Assembly: GCF_009914755.1 (NCBI RefSeq)
Contig: NC_060931.1
Direction: 5' to 3' (one strand)
Length of the DNA stretch: 64,000 nucleotides
Source: the human T2T-CHM13v2.0 reference genome, Homo sapiens
Both the position numbers and the translations under genes were made by a program. Under the pieces are notes generated by a model. That model was not told the origin of the DNA. It did not search any database and saw only the letters and a list, made by a program, of their open reading frames with translations. Positions 22,969 through 35,235 of the stretch are shown in pieces (position 1 is the stretch's first letter; every line of letters begins with the position of its first letter).

Positions 22969-24861
22969 CTAAACATTCTTTCATCCATTCATTCTTCACC
23001 TGGCCCACCCAGCATTGCCAGTGGGAGAGACACCCGCAAAGCACCAGGCTGTGAGCCCCACCGCCGTGCACTCTGAGACACTGTCCACTAGCTTTGGGAT
23101 GGCAGGCAGAGGTACTCCAGCTTGGTCTAGTGCAGACCTGGGAATCAGGACCTGGAAAGGAGGCCCCAGGTGCCAGCCGGCAGGTTAGCTAATGGCGGCC
23201 AAGGGTTACCCCGGAGTGGGGAGTGGGGAGAAGCTGCCTGGTTTGGCCCGTGCTGCTGCACTCAAAGCACCTACCTTTCAAAGCTGCAAGAACAGGAAAG
23301 TGACCCTCCTCTGCCCCCAGTAAGTGATGACGGAGTCTCTGGAAGGCCAGACAGATGGGATCTTGCTCTTTGCAGCAGTGAGCTATCCTGACTGGGTGGG
23401 TAACCAAGGAGAAGGGCTTTCTGCAGGAGAGGAAATTCATTCCTCTCTTCCAAAGTAAGGGCTTCTATGGCTGTCTGCCTGGAAGGAAACCAAGGCAAAG
23501 AGATTAAATGTGGAAAAGGTCAACGTTCTGAAAGGGAAGCTTTATGGGGTCCTTCCCATACAACGAAGGAACTAGGGGCAGCCACATAAGCCAGATGGAT
23601 CAGGCCAGTGGGGCTTAAGTAGAGCCCAGAGCCCAGCTTTCCTTGGCTGCATTCCTACAGGCAGGGGCCAGACACTTAGAGATACACTGCACCTTCCCTC
23701 AGGTCGGAAGGGAGGGGACGGAGCCCCTCCTGGAAGGCTTCAGGTGAATATAAAACTAGAGCCCTCACCACCCCAATCTGTGACATCACATGGAATCTGA
23801 TGTTGTTTGATGACATTTCGGGTGTCCCACAACCATGCCTGCCATGAAGTCATGGCTGATATTTATGCCCTGGCCCCACTCTGATCTCAGGGAGAATATC
23901 TTACCATAAATTGGCATGCCATGGCAAACAATTAAAAGAGAAAAACCTCAGTGCAATCTCAGGGTGCTCGGAAATGAGGAATTACAAGGTGGTGGCATGA
24001 AAAAATTATATAAAAATCTATTTTTACATCACCATAATGTGCTTTTATACGGGTTGTAATTTCTGGATGTGCAATAAAGTGGCTTTTACATCAGGCAGAA
24101 TCAGAGTTTATAGGCAATCGGTGCTTTTATCTGGGAAAATATAGCTCACCCATCTTCACACCATCCATCCTGCAGGCAGCAGGCCTTATCTTCCCCAGCA
24201 CCAGTGTCTTTGGGGAAATAATTATGCAATTAAAGTGTCAGCCCACCAACCACCCACCAACCACGCCCCCACCCCCACCCTGGGATCTTCCAACCACATC
24301 TTCCAGCTTCTGTCATTGGCTTCTTCCCCAAGGTAGAACAAGCCATGGGTCCAGGACAGGGTGGCTGAGGTACCAGACAGATGCTGGTCACTGACTCCAT
24401 TGGGCCAGGGAAGATCCTGGTGGGCTCAGAGAAAATATCTTAGGGCCAGCAAGCACTCCATAAACACCAAGGATCTGCTATGGGCCAGGCACTGTGCTGG
24501 GAGCCTGGGACCCTGTCACAATTTTGTAACAGTCATGATGCAGGCAGGGAAGGGAAAAGCTCTGGCAAAGGTCAATCCAGGGAGCTGAAGGGCCACAGAG
24601 GAGGAGTTTGGGGTGGGGGGGAGTGTGGCACTGTACTCTGGAGGCAGGCAGGTGACACAGGGGAAGGTTTGAAGACAAGTGTGTCCTAGAGGGGAGGTGC
24701 CAGCCCAGGTCATGTTTCTGATTGGAGCACTGAGACAGGCATATTACAGGACGTGGTAGCTGTCCTCAGACACTGAATGTTAGTGCCAAAACTGTCCTTA
24801 AATATTATGTAGTCTGGCCCATCATTTTATGTATTCCTTTAACATATCAGATACTATATCA

Positions 24862-26310
24862 TCAGTCAGGGGTCCAGCAGGAAACACAACACATTCCATT
24901 CAATAAAGGAATATGCACAAAAGCATATGGGCAGAGTTTAGGGAAATCAACAAGAGATGGTACAGTACCCGGGGCCAGCAAGAGAGAGCAGTGGTTACCA
25001 CCCAGAGGCCTGAAGTAGCAGAGACTGGACACAGTTAATGGCACCCTTTGAGAGGAGCTGCATGAGGGCCATCAGGCAGCTGACCTGGCTTGCTGTCACC
25101 TGAAAAGTTGAGCAAAGAAGGCCTAAGTGAATGAGACACGTTTTGAGGGGAGAAAGGAGCCAGGGGAGTAAAGCCCTGCTCTCCTCTCCTGCTCCCTCAC
25201 CCCTGCCAGCGCCTCTCCATACTGCTCCCTCGCCCCTGCCAGCGCCTCTCCATACTGCTCCCTCGTCCCCTGCCAGCGCCTCTCCATACTGCTCCCTCGT
25301 CCCCTGCCAGCGCCTCTCCATACTGCTCCCTCGTCCCCTGCCAGCGCCTCTCCATACTGCTCCCTCACCCCTGCCAGCGCCTCTCCATACTGCTCCCTCG
25401 CCCCTGCCAGCGCCTCTCCATACTGCTCCCTCGTCCCCTGCCAGCGCCTCTCCATACTGCTCCCTCGTCCCCTGCCAGCGCCTCTCCATACTGCTCCCTC
25501 GTCCCCTGCCAGCGCCTCTCCATACTGCTCCCTCGTCCCCTGCCAGCGCCTCTCCATACTGCTCCCTCGTCCCCTGCCAGCGCCTCTCCATACTGCTCCC
25601 TCGTCCCCTGCCAGCGCCTCTCCATACTGCTCCCTCACCCCTGCCAGTGCCTCTCCATACTGCTCCCTCACCCCTGCCAGTGCCTCTCCATACTGCTCCC
25701 TCACCCCTGCCAGTGCCTCTCCATACTGCTCCCTCATCCCCTGCCAGCGCTCCCTCATCCCCTGCCAGTGCCTCTCCATAATGCTCCCTCACCCCTGCCA
25801 ATGCCTCTCCATACTGCTCCCTCACCCCTGCCAGCACCTCTCCATACTGCTCCCTCACCCCTGCCAGCACCTCTCCATACTGCTCCCTCGTCCCCTGCCA
25901 GCGCCTCTCCATACTGCTCCCTCGTCCCCTGCCAGCGCCTCTCCATACTGCTCCCTCGTCCCCTGCCAGCGCCTCTCCATACTGCTCCCTCGTCCCCTGC
26001 CAGCGCCTCTCCATACTGCTCCCTCGTCCCCTGCCAGCGCCTCTCCATACTGCTCCCTCGTCCCCTGCCAGCGCCTCTCCATACTGCTCCCTCGTCCCCT
26101 GCCAGCGCCTCTCCATACTGCTCCCTCGTCCCCTGCCAGCGCCTCTCCATACTGCTCCCTCGTCCCCTGCCAGTGCCTCTCCATAGCCATCACCAACCAG
26201 AAGCCAGAGATGGAGGGAGTCTGCTGGTGCCACCCAGTCAGATCTGCCTGCAGGGCAGAGAGCAGCGTGGAGGGCCAATCTGGATGTGCAAACGGGAGCC
26301 TGCCAGCATA
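24862..26310. mobile_element. Old ERVL-type LTR (LTR41/LTR16-like) hosting the VNTR
   Basis: Flanks read tcagtcaggggtccagcaggaaac... and ...ccagaagccagag...gcagagagcagcgtggagggccaatctggatgtgcaaacgg, resembling the two ends of an antisense ERVL LTR; family call from memory. Confidence 0.45.
25189..26185. repeat. VNTR/minisatellite, 30 units of 33/34 bp (997 bp)
   Basis: Consensus CTGCTCCCTCGTCCCCTGCCAGCGCCTCTCCATA (34 bp); 33-bp variants carry CTCACCCC or CTCGCCCC; one truncated unit near 25726-25748. Confidence 0.98.
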
Positions 26311-27453
26311 GGCACAGATTGGGAATGATCAAACAATCTGGTCATTTGGCAAAAATAGAACAGTACACCAATGGCTGTAATTTTTATGTCTCTATAGTGC
26401 AACTTTGTAGGTTTTCTCATCGCACATTTTTGGCTCACCACAACCTATACTCAGTGTCAGCTTTGACAATCTTACATGACACTGTGCTCTGTTTCACAGC
26501 TAGGGAGCCTGCATGATACAGTGGAAAAGAATTCCATGAGGCCATGTAGATGGGTTGGAGGCAGGTGAGATGGCAGTCCTGACGCAAGTGCGGAACATGC
26601 CCACCCTGAGGTTCTGCATGTCTCTTTTTGACATGTACCCCCCGCAAATTCCTCACATGCTCTCATAAAAGGACGGGGTAGGACATCTATAGCAATATTC
26701 CTTGAGGTGGTGGGAGATGGAGGGCCCACTCCAGGGAGACTGGTTGGGTAAGATGCAACAGAAGCAAACCATGGGACTCAGTAGCAGGAAGGAAACTGTG
26801 GTTCACATAGAGCATGCAAGAGTTCAAAGCAGAGCTGAGTAGAAAGAGGAAGACAGAAGTGAGATTTGTAATTCTGAACCACTCAAATAGGTTTAAAATA
26901 GCACTCACAGGCAACAAACGCATACGCATGCACACACACACACACCATTTTGCACTCTTACAAACCAAAACACTTTAGAATGGTTGGCTTTTGAAAGGAG
27001 AGGGAGAGGAGAGGAATGGCATTGAAAAAGGATAAACAGCCCCCTAAATAAAAAGAAGAGAGCCTAGACTCAAGAGACAGAACACACCTGGGCTTCCATC
27101 AAAGAAGCTGTACTGTGTGTGACCTTGGGTAGGCGTGTTACTGAGTTGTTTCATCTTGCAAACAGGAGGAAACGGTAATAAATAGATCCCGAGGCATGTC
27201 AATGTGACCTAGCTAGACCTGTCTGAGACGCTGATCCACCAAGACCTGTTCCCAGGTGGGTTGACAAAGGCCTGTGTCCCAACAAGTGTAGGGCAAAGGG
27301 CAGCCTGGGCCACTTGGAGGTGACCCAGCAGCAGCTGTGTATATGTGGTCAACATACGCGACACATCCAGAGCTCTGACAAAGCCCCTCAATCCAAAAAT
27401 ATGTCTCGCTGCCAGCATCAGGGGTTCCTTTCTTTGAGCTAAAGCCTCTTCTG

Positions 27454-28413
27454 TATCGGGGGAACCCGCCCCCAGTATTTCAACGTAGGCTCTTTCTATT
27501 TTCCATAAGTGTCAGCCAGCTGAGAAATAAGGAGAGAGTACAAAGAGAGGAATTTTGCAGCTGGGCCGCCGGGGGCGACATCACATATCGGTAGGACCGT
27601 GATGCCCACCTGAACCTCAAACCAGCAAGTTTTTTATTAAGGGTTTCAAAAGGGGAGGGTGTCTAAGAACAGGGAGTAGATCACATGCTTCAAAGGGCAA
27701 AAAGGAGAACCACTGATAAGGGTCTGTCTTCAGCAGTGCACATATTGTCTTGATAAACATCTTAAACAACAGAAAACAGGGTTCGAGAGCAGAGAGCTGG
27801 TCTGACCACAGATTTACCAGGGCCCGGTTTTTCCCCACCCTAGTAAGCCTGAGGGTACTGCAGGAGACCAGGGCGTATCTCAGTCCTTATCTCAACCACA
27901 TAGGATAGATGTCCCCAGAGCGGCTGTTTATAGACTCCCCCCAGGAATGCATTCCTTCCCCAGGGTATTAATATTAATATTCCTTGCTAGGAAAAGAATT
28001 TAGTGATATCTTCCCTACTTGCATGTCCATTTATAGGCTCTCTGCAAGAAGAAAAATATGGCTCTTTTTGCCCTACCCCTCAGGCAGTCAGACCTTATGG
28101 ATGTCTTCCCTTGTTCCCTAAAATCGCTGTTATTCTGTTCATTTTCAAGGTGCACTGATTTCATATTGTTCAAACACACATGTTTTACAATCAATTTGTA
28201 CAATTAACACAATTATCACAGTGGTCCTGAGGTGACGTACATACTCAGCCTATGAAAGTAACAGGATTAAGAGATTAAAGTAAAGACAGGCATAAGAAAT
28301 TATAAAAGCATTATTTGGGAACTGATAAATGTCCATGAAATCTTCACAATTTATGTTCCTCTGCCACGGCTCCAGCCAGTCATTCCATTCGGGGTCCCTG
28401 AGTTCCTGCAACA
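27454..28413 (-). mobile_element. MER11 solo LTR (HERV-K11/HML-8)
   Basis: Minus strand begins TGTTGCAGGAACTCAGGGACCCCGAA...AACATAAATTGTGAAGATTTCATGGACATTTAT and ends ...GGTTCCCCCGATA. Perfect 6-bp TSD CTTCTG at 27448-27453 and 28414-28419. Minus-strand TATAAA at 27927-27932 and AATAAA at 27633-27638. Confidence 0.9.
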
Positions 28414-28619
28414 CTTCTGCACAGAAATGCAAAATACACACACACACACCCCACCCCGCCCCTAGGACTCATTTTGTTAGCGATCATTAACAGTTTCAGC
28501 CATTAGCTCTCAAGTTGGTTTGAATTTGTTGGTAGGATTAGCTCCCTATCACCTGAAAAGCTGAGAAAAGAAGGCCTAAGGGAATGAGACACATGTCTGA
28601 GAAGAGACAGAAAGAGAGA

Positions 28620-28620
<1 letters not shown>

Positions 28621-28667
<47 letters not shown>
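28621..28667. repeat. (TG)~23 microsatellite
   Basis: Read directly. Confidence 0.97.
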
Positions 28668-28669
<2 letters not shown>

Positions 28670-29247
28670 CAACTACTGAAGGTGGGTAGGATGCTAGGGG
28701 CCTGGGTTCCCCAGGGAAGGCCCTGGGTTTGAAAAGAGCCCCAAATGAAGCCAGGATTGCTGAAGACAAGCATGTGAGTTTGCCAAGAGCTGCCCAGGGG
28801 TCTGAGGTGTCAGTCCACCCCTCTGCTCCCCACTCAGGTAGGGGCAGGTCCGGAGCTGCAGCATGACAGGGAATTTCAGGCCCGGAGGTCTTCCCACTTG
28901 TCACCTCTGTTTCTTCTTCTCTGCCCAGGTGGTGCACATTCTGAAAGGCTCAGATTTCTTTCATTCAACCTCCTTTCTTCCTATTTTTTCTTATTGTCTG
29001 GCTCTTTCCTGCAGAAGGAAGGAGAAGAACTGGGTGTAAACCTTGACTCTGAGCTGAGGGCTCAGATGCTGGCTGAACTTCTCATTTGCACCAGGTGTAG
29101 GAGGGAAGTGGGCAGCCCAGCACAGAAGCAGCTCTCTGGCAAACAGCTTCCTCTGTAGGCCTCATGCCCTCCAACTGCAGTGCCCTCTGACCTTGTCACA
29201 CTGCAGGTAGGGGACAGAACTAAGGAGCATCTGCACAAGCACCTGGC

Positions 29248-30310
29248 TGTAGTGAACTGAATAGTGTTCCCCCAAAAGATATGTCCAAGTCCAGACCCCT
29301 AGTACCTGTGCATGTGACCTTACTTGGAAATAGGGTCTTTGCAAATATAATTAAGATAGTACTTGTCTTAGTCCATTCAAGCTGCTAAAAGAAAAAAATA
29401 TCACAAACTGGGTGGCTTATAAACAACAGAATGTATTGCTCATAGTTCTGGAGGCTGGGAAGTCCAAGATCAAGGTGCTGGCAGGTTCAGTGTCTGGTGT
29501 GGATTTGGATTTGCTCTCTACTTCACAGATGGCACTGTTGTGCTGTGTCTTTACATGGTAGAATGGGATAGTTAGCTCCCTGGGGGTTCCTTTTTTTTTT
29601 TTTTTTTTTTCTGAGTCAGTGTCTCATTGTGTTGCCCAGGCTGGAGTGGCCCAGTCTTGGCTCACTGCAACCTCTGCCTCCCAGGTTCAAGCAATTCTGC
29701 CTCCGAAGTCTCCCAAGTAGCTGCCTCTAGTCTCCCGAGTAGCTGAGGCTACAGGCATGCACCACCATGCCTGGATAATTTTTGTATTTTTTTAGTGAAG
29801 ACAGAGTTTTGCCATGTTGGCCAGGCTGGTCTTGAACTCTTGACCTCAGGTGATCTGCCTGCCTTGGCCTCCCAAAGTGCTGGAATTACAGGCATAAGTC
29901 TATGCACCTGGCGTCTGGGGTCCCTTTTATAAGAGCATTAATGCCATGAGGACAGAGCCCTCACGAACTCATCATCTCCCAAAGGCCCCACCTTCTAACA
30001 CTGTCACACGAAGGATCCAGTTTCAATGTATGAATTGTATAGAAAACATTCAGACCACAGTCATAAGAATTTCAAGATGAGATCCAGGGTGGGCCCTAAA
30101 TTCAGCGACTGCTGTCCTTACAGGGGAAAGGAAAGGGCGACGTGAGACACAGGGGAGAAGACTGTCTGAGGAAGGCAGGCAGAGCCGCAGAGATTTAGAG
30201 TTATGCAACCCCAGCCAAGAAACACCACAAGCCACCAAAAATTAGAAGAGGTAAGCAATTCTTCCCTAGAGCTTTCCCATAAAGAGAACATGGCCCTGCT
30301 GATTTTGCAG
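29248..30310. mobile_element. Nested MaLR: MLT1C/D (+) interrupted by MLT1A-type (-, ~29364-30062), itself interrupted by AluS (-, ~29591-29913)
   Basis: tgtagtgaactgaatagtgttcccccaaaagatatgtcc (MLT1C/D 5' end); tgtcttagtccattc...ggaggctgggaagtccaagatcaagg (MLT1A); Alu consensus; MLT1C/D resumes at ~30064. Confidence 0.75.
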
Positions 30311-31320
30311 AAAAGAGAAACTGAGGCACCAAACTACATCAGCACTCCCTGGGCATGGAAGGCTGGGCGCACAGCAGCACCAGCCAGGGCAGAGACGGTG
30401 CTGGAAGTCGATGCCCTGCCTCCCAGCTGAAGCCTTCCTACCGCCTCCCTCGGGTGCTTCCTTTCACTCAGCCCCTTCAGAGCCAGAAGGCGTGGCCCAC
30501 AGCAGTGTAGGAGTGCCCACGGCCCCGGGACCCCTGGCTGTAACCACACCCTCAGCTGCACCCTCAGGAGACCTTGCCTCCTGCTCCCTCTCCAGCGGCA
30601 GCGAGGGCAGTGCCAAGCTCACACCCTCCCAGAAGTGATTTCATGCCCCATAAGACGGGCAATCAAAAATAATAGACACACAGCAACCTGCCTGGGGCCT
30701 GCTGCTGCGGCGGGCGGCTGCTGAGGTGGCTACCTGGAAGATAAACCAATTCCCAGCCCCGGTGGGGAGAAATAACAGCATCAGTGAGGAGCAGGAGCTT
30801 CATCTTAGTCTGCAAAGCCCCAGCCAATAAGCAGGCTAAAAATAAGCACCTCTCCCAGCTGCAGCAGCACCCTCCCTTTCCTGACATGAGCTGGTCACGT
30901 GAGTTTCTCAGACTCTGGTGGGTTTCTCATGTCTAGGCAGGTGTCTGTCTGCTCAGTGGCCTTGCCTCAGATCTGGCTGGGGTGGCCTCAATGTGGGGAG
31001 CACAGGCTGCGGAGTGAGCCTAGGGAAAGGGTATGAGGACCTTCTGACTCCTCTGGGCTCCCTGTGGGTCCTTGGCTCGGTCATGCAGCCCCAGACTGCT
31101 TCCTGTCTGTGCTGAGCATCTGACTGTCACTGCTGAAGGACATTCTGAGTGCCATGCCAGAGCTGGGCACCCAGGGCCATCTGTCTGCACTTGGCGGGGA
31201 GGCACGTGCAGACCCCTCGCTGTGGCTGGTTCTCTGCGGGCACAGTCTGTGATCCACAGAGAGTAGACCCTGGGTGGGCCTGTGTGTCCAGCATGTATTA
31301 TGTGTGCCTCCAAAAAAATG

Positions 31321-31620
31321 AGTTGGGAGAGGTGGGGATGGTTAATGGGTACAAAAGAAAATAGAAAGAATGAATAAGACCTACTGTTTGATAGCACAAT
31401 AAGGTGATTATAGTCAGTAATAACTGAATTGCACATTTTAAAATAAAGAGTGTCATTGGATTGTTTGTAACTCAAAGGATAAATACTTGAGGAGACGGAT
31501 ACCCCATTCTCCATGATGTGCTTACTTCACATTGCATGTCTGTATCAAAACGTCCCATTTACCTCATAAATATATACACCTACTACGTACCCACAAAAAT
31601 TTAAATTTTTTTTTAAAAGA
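31321..31620 (+). mobile_element. L1MA-type 3' end
   Basis: ggggatggttaatgggtacaaaa...tgtttgtaactcaaaggataaat...acacctactacgtacccacaaaaattt. Confidence 0.85.
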
Positions 31621-31829
31621 ATGAATCTGGTTTAAAGCAAAACAAAACAAAGAACCAACATTTTAGTAAGGAATTGGGTAAGTGAGGATTCTGCAGAACA
31701 CCCACCTGGGGTAGGGGTTAGGATGTGGATTTATCTCAATTCTGCTGCCCTTGATGAGAAAACATTTTAATAATGCCTCTTTCGAAAGATAGTCAAAATA
31801 TGAGCCTCACAGAAATATTCCTTAATTGC

Positions 31830-32500
31830 TTCTTGTCACACACTGCATGAACTCTCAGGGGGACCTTTTGGCCCCCTCACCTTGGGATCATGCACACCCA
31901 GGCTCCCACTTGAGCCATGTCCTTGGTCCAGCTGGCTTCAGGTTTGCAACGTCTCTTACCTGGAGAACCGCCAAAGTCTCCTCACCATCTTCCTGCCTTC
32001 AGTCGCTGTCTTCCTCCCCTTTGGGAGTTAGTCAGTCCACTCTCCAGCTTAAAAAAGTTCAAAGACTTCTCCCACTGCTGGGCCTGACCCTTTCTAATCT
32101 GTGGCCAACCTCCTGCTTCACCCATGCCTGCTCACGCACCTTGTTCTTCAGCAAAGGAGACTGCATGGAGCCCACTCAATGCTCCTCATTTCTTCTTGCA
32201 CCCTATGCCTTTGCTAAACATGGTCCCCACTTTCTAGAACACCCTGTCCACCTTCGTTGTCTCTTGAAATTCTACTGTATTTTCAAAGCCCAGCCTGTGT
32301 GTTACTCTCTATCCCCAATTCTTCTCAGAGAAGAATTGGCCACTCCCTCTCCTTGGGTCTCCCTAGCACTTTCCACGGTTTTGTCACAGTGCCTGCATTT
32401 CTCGTTATTGTTAGTTTCATGTATATCTCCATGGCTGGATGGCTCAATCCTGAAGGTCCGACAGAAAACAGTGCCTGGCACATAATAGGTGGCTAATAAA
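31830..32500 (+). mobile_element. L2 fragment
   Basis: Pyrimidine-rich L2 text ending acagtgcctggcacataataggtggctaataaatg. Confidence 0.6.
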
Positions 32501-32739
32501 TGAAGCCAAACTGCAGTTGACCTGCAGACCCGTGATACAAATGCTTTTTATTGCAAGCCACTGAGATTTTTGAGAGTGCTTTATTACACAGCCTTATCAA
32601 GCCAAGAGCTGACTGAGACAAATTGCCCAGGGAGCCTGGGGCAATATGGGACTGCACACTTAGCACTGGCAGAACGCTATTCCAAAGGCATGGTGGGGCT
32701 GAGTGCCGGTGTTAGGTGTGAGGTAAGGTTGCTCTTGAC

Positions 32740-32965
32740 ATGGTGGTAGAGGGCTGATGTCATGTCAGACCACCCAGGTTCAAGTCCTGGTGCTGCCACT
32801 TGCTGCTGTGTGTGTGTCTCTGATAGAGTTACCCTCTCAGCAACTCATTTTTCCTTGTCTATAAAATATGAATCATAATACAAGGATCTGTCTCACGGGG
32901 TTGTTGTGAAAAACAGGGGAAACCATGCCGAGCCCAGTGCCTGGCACACAGTGGGGGCTCCATGA
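32740..32965 (+). mobile_element. MIR
   Basis: cccaggttcaagtcctgg...ctataaaatatg...ggggttgttgtga...cagtgcctggcacacagt. Confidence 0.75.
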
Positions 32966-35235
32966 GTGTCTGCTCTCAGTGGTCATGCATCGTTAGGAGT
33001 GACTGTCATTGGCTCCTCCCTCCCTGTGTCCAGCCTGCCTGCTCCCTGCCCAGTTCTGTGCAGGGTGTGCGTGTCTGTCGAGAGAAGCTCAAAGTGGGGG
33101 ATGATGTTTCTCTGTTCATTTTCCATGTTTCCTCCTGAACTCCAGTGTTTCACAAGGGGCTGGTAGCGGCCTGTCCTGTCTTCCCCTAGAACTGCTCAGC
33201 ATGGCTCCAGCTGTTCTCCGTAGAGCGAGGATAGGAAGTCACATCTCAGAAAGCAAGGGATGGGGACAGCAGTGACAGTGGTGACTTCATTCTCCCGGCT
33301 CTTACGGGTCTTGTGGACCCACTTCCAGGACCACCAGTTTCTAGAGATGGACAAGAGTCTTGAAGTGTCCACAGTCACCTCCGTGTCGGTGACATCGGCA
33401 GATAGTCATTCTAACCACATTCCCAGGAAACGGGGACTGTGGGGATTCAGGGATGGGGTGGCATAGACTCCGCCTTCTGGAAGCTTCTGGTCTGGCTAGG
33501 GTAGCCCGAGGGACATAGGAAATAGCTGAGTGAGTCATAGCATCGTGTACTGACAGGACTCTTGAAACTTCCCAGCCAAATGTCCCTTGAAAAAGGGACA
33601 CCAGAATCTCCCAGGAAACACCTGCGAGGCCTGGCACGATGGCAAGGGCTTGAATAAATGAAAAGGGTGGCTGAGCTGCCTGGGCTTTCCTGGGCTTGCT
33701 GCTGTCCTTCTCCTGATGATCCACCCTGTGGAAAGCTGCAACTGTCCCATTGCCACCAAGGGACCACAGCGGCTGTTCTTTCACTGGCTCTTCCTGGGAG
33801 GGAGCAGCCCTCCCCAGCAGCCTCTTTCCAGGCTGGGTGGCAAATGGCTCCCAAACAGAAAGACCCCTCCTGGGCTGCCATTTCCCAGGGATCTCAGCGC
33901 CCCAAAGCCAGACATGGGGAGGAGGGAGGAATCAGCTCCTGTAGATCTCTGATGCTGGCATGAGTGGGCAAGCCCCCAGCTCCCTGGACTCCTGCCCCTC
34001 TCTGCAAATGCAGGAGGAGATAGGATGATGGCAGAACATCTGGGCTGGAAGACTGTCAGGTGAGGAGAGTGGGGCATCTGAACAGACAGGTTGAGTAGCT
34101 TGCCCAAGGCCACACAGCTGGTGAGTGTTGAGGCCTGTTGCTAGGTGCTCAGTAGATTCCCCCGGAGTGACTGGAGGTGGGAGCATTAGAGGCAAGACTA
34201 AGAGAGCCTTGGGAAGGAGACAAAGAGAGACACCTCCAGGCAATCTAAATGGACTAACACCAACAGAGGCACCTGGAGCTGAGAGCAGATGCCAGGCCAG
34301 GGGAGATGGGCTAGACACGGAGGCGGAGGAAATGCTCTTCTGAAAATGATGTTGAAGGGCAGAGAAGAGAAGGACCCTAGAGAGACAGATGGAGAGGAAT
34401 CAACAGATGGGCCCGCTGTCCCGCAGGGCGACGGCCCTCTCGCCACGCGGCCCCTAAGCTTGAAGGGAAGCATGTGGGGAATTCGCAGTGTGGGGGATGG
34501 GGCAGTGAGGGCCGCATCCTGACCAGAATTGCCCAGGCTTCTGGTGAGAGGAACCAAGTGCAGCAGGGGCTGCTGGCCAGGCCTGGGAGCCGAGGTTTTG
34601 GCTGCCACTTGCCTACCACGGACACCCCCCACCAAAATGCCTCTCTTTGTCAGGACCAATAGACACAACCTCAGGGGCCATTTTTGAAGGGTTTCAAACC
34701 ACCTGGGCAAGTTCCTTCTGTGGGTGGGCAGCCCAGACAGCAAGGCTGGGCACAGCTGTCCCACCCAGCATGGCCATGCAGCCTTGCGAAGGCAAGGGCA
34801 CAGGCTCCTGTCACGCCTGACAGCTGTGGCTGGTGTGGGGTGGGGAAGGCCAGGCAGGACAGGAGGGCAGCAGCAGGCCAAGCCAGACCCCTGAGGCCTG
34901 TGCTTGCAGCCTGTGTCCCGACCTCACAGTGTCCTGGGACCATCCAAGCCCACTCACTCCTGTCTGGCAGCCAGCCTTGGATGTCACAGAGCACCACGCC
35001 CCATGTCCTCGGCCAGCACCACCGTCCGGCCTCGCCAGCCACAAAGGGCCGCCCAGGTTTGATGGGAGGGGACATTGACTCAAGGTCACACTGTAAAAAG
35101 AGCAGATGAGATGGGAGATAGCATTGTAGCCATCCCCAGAGTGTGTAATCTGCCACACCAGGCTATGCCCACAAGACAGGCAGCCCTTCCTTCCATGTTC
35201 CAATTATCATGAGTCCCCACAATGCCTTCCTCCAG

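Noticed and set aside
25189-26185. CRISPR-like array
   Set aside because: Units are head-to-tail with no unique spacers, no cas genes are present, and the context is human: it is a minisatellite.
24995-26332. 445-aa ORF as an annotated CDS, or as an RG-rich ligand for the neighbouring SND1 Tudor domain
   Set aside because: TTG start, low-complexity product, and RG codons are expected from any G-rich repeat; kept only as a hypothesis.
31826-32485. 219-aa ORF
   Set aside because: Non-ATG start, lies in a pyrimidine-rich L2 remnant, no recognisable domain.
33170-33466. Strong plus-strand acceptor at ~33189 followed by a 68-aa ORF
   Set aside because: No convincing donor or recognisable protein similarity.
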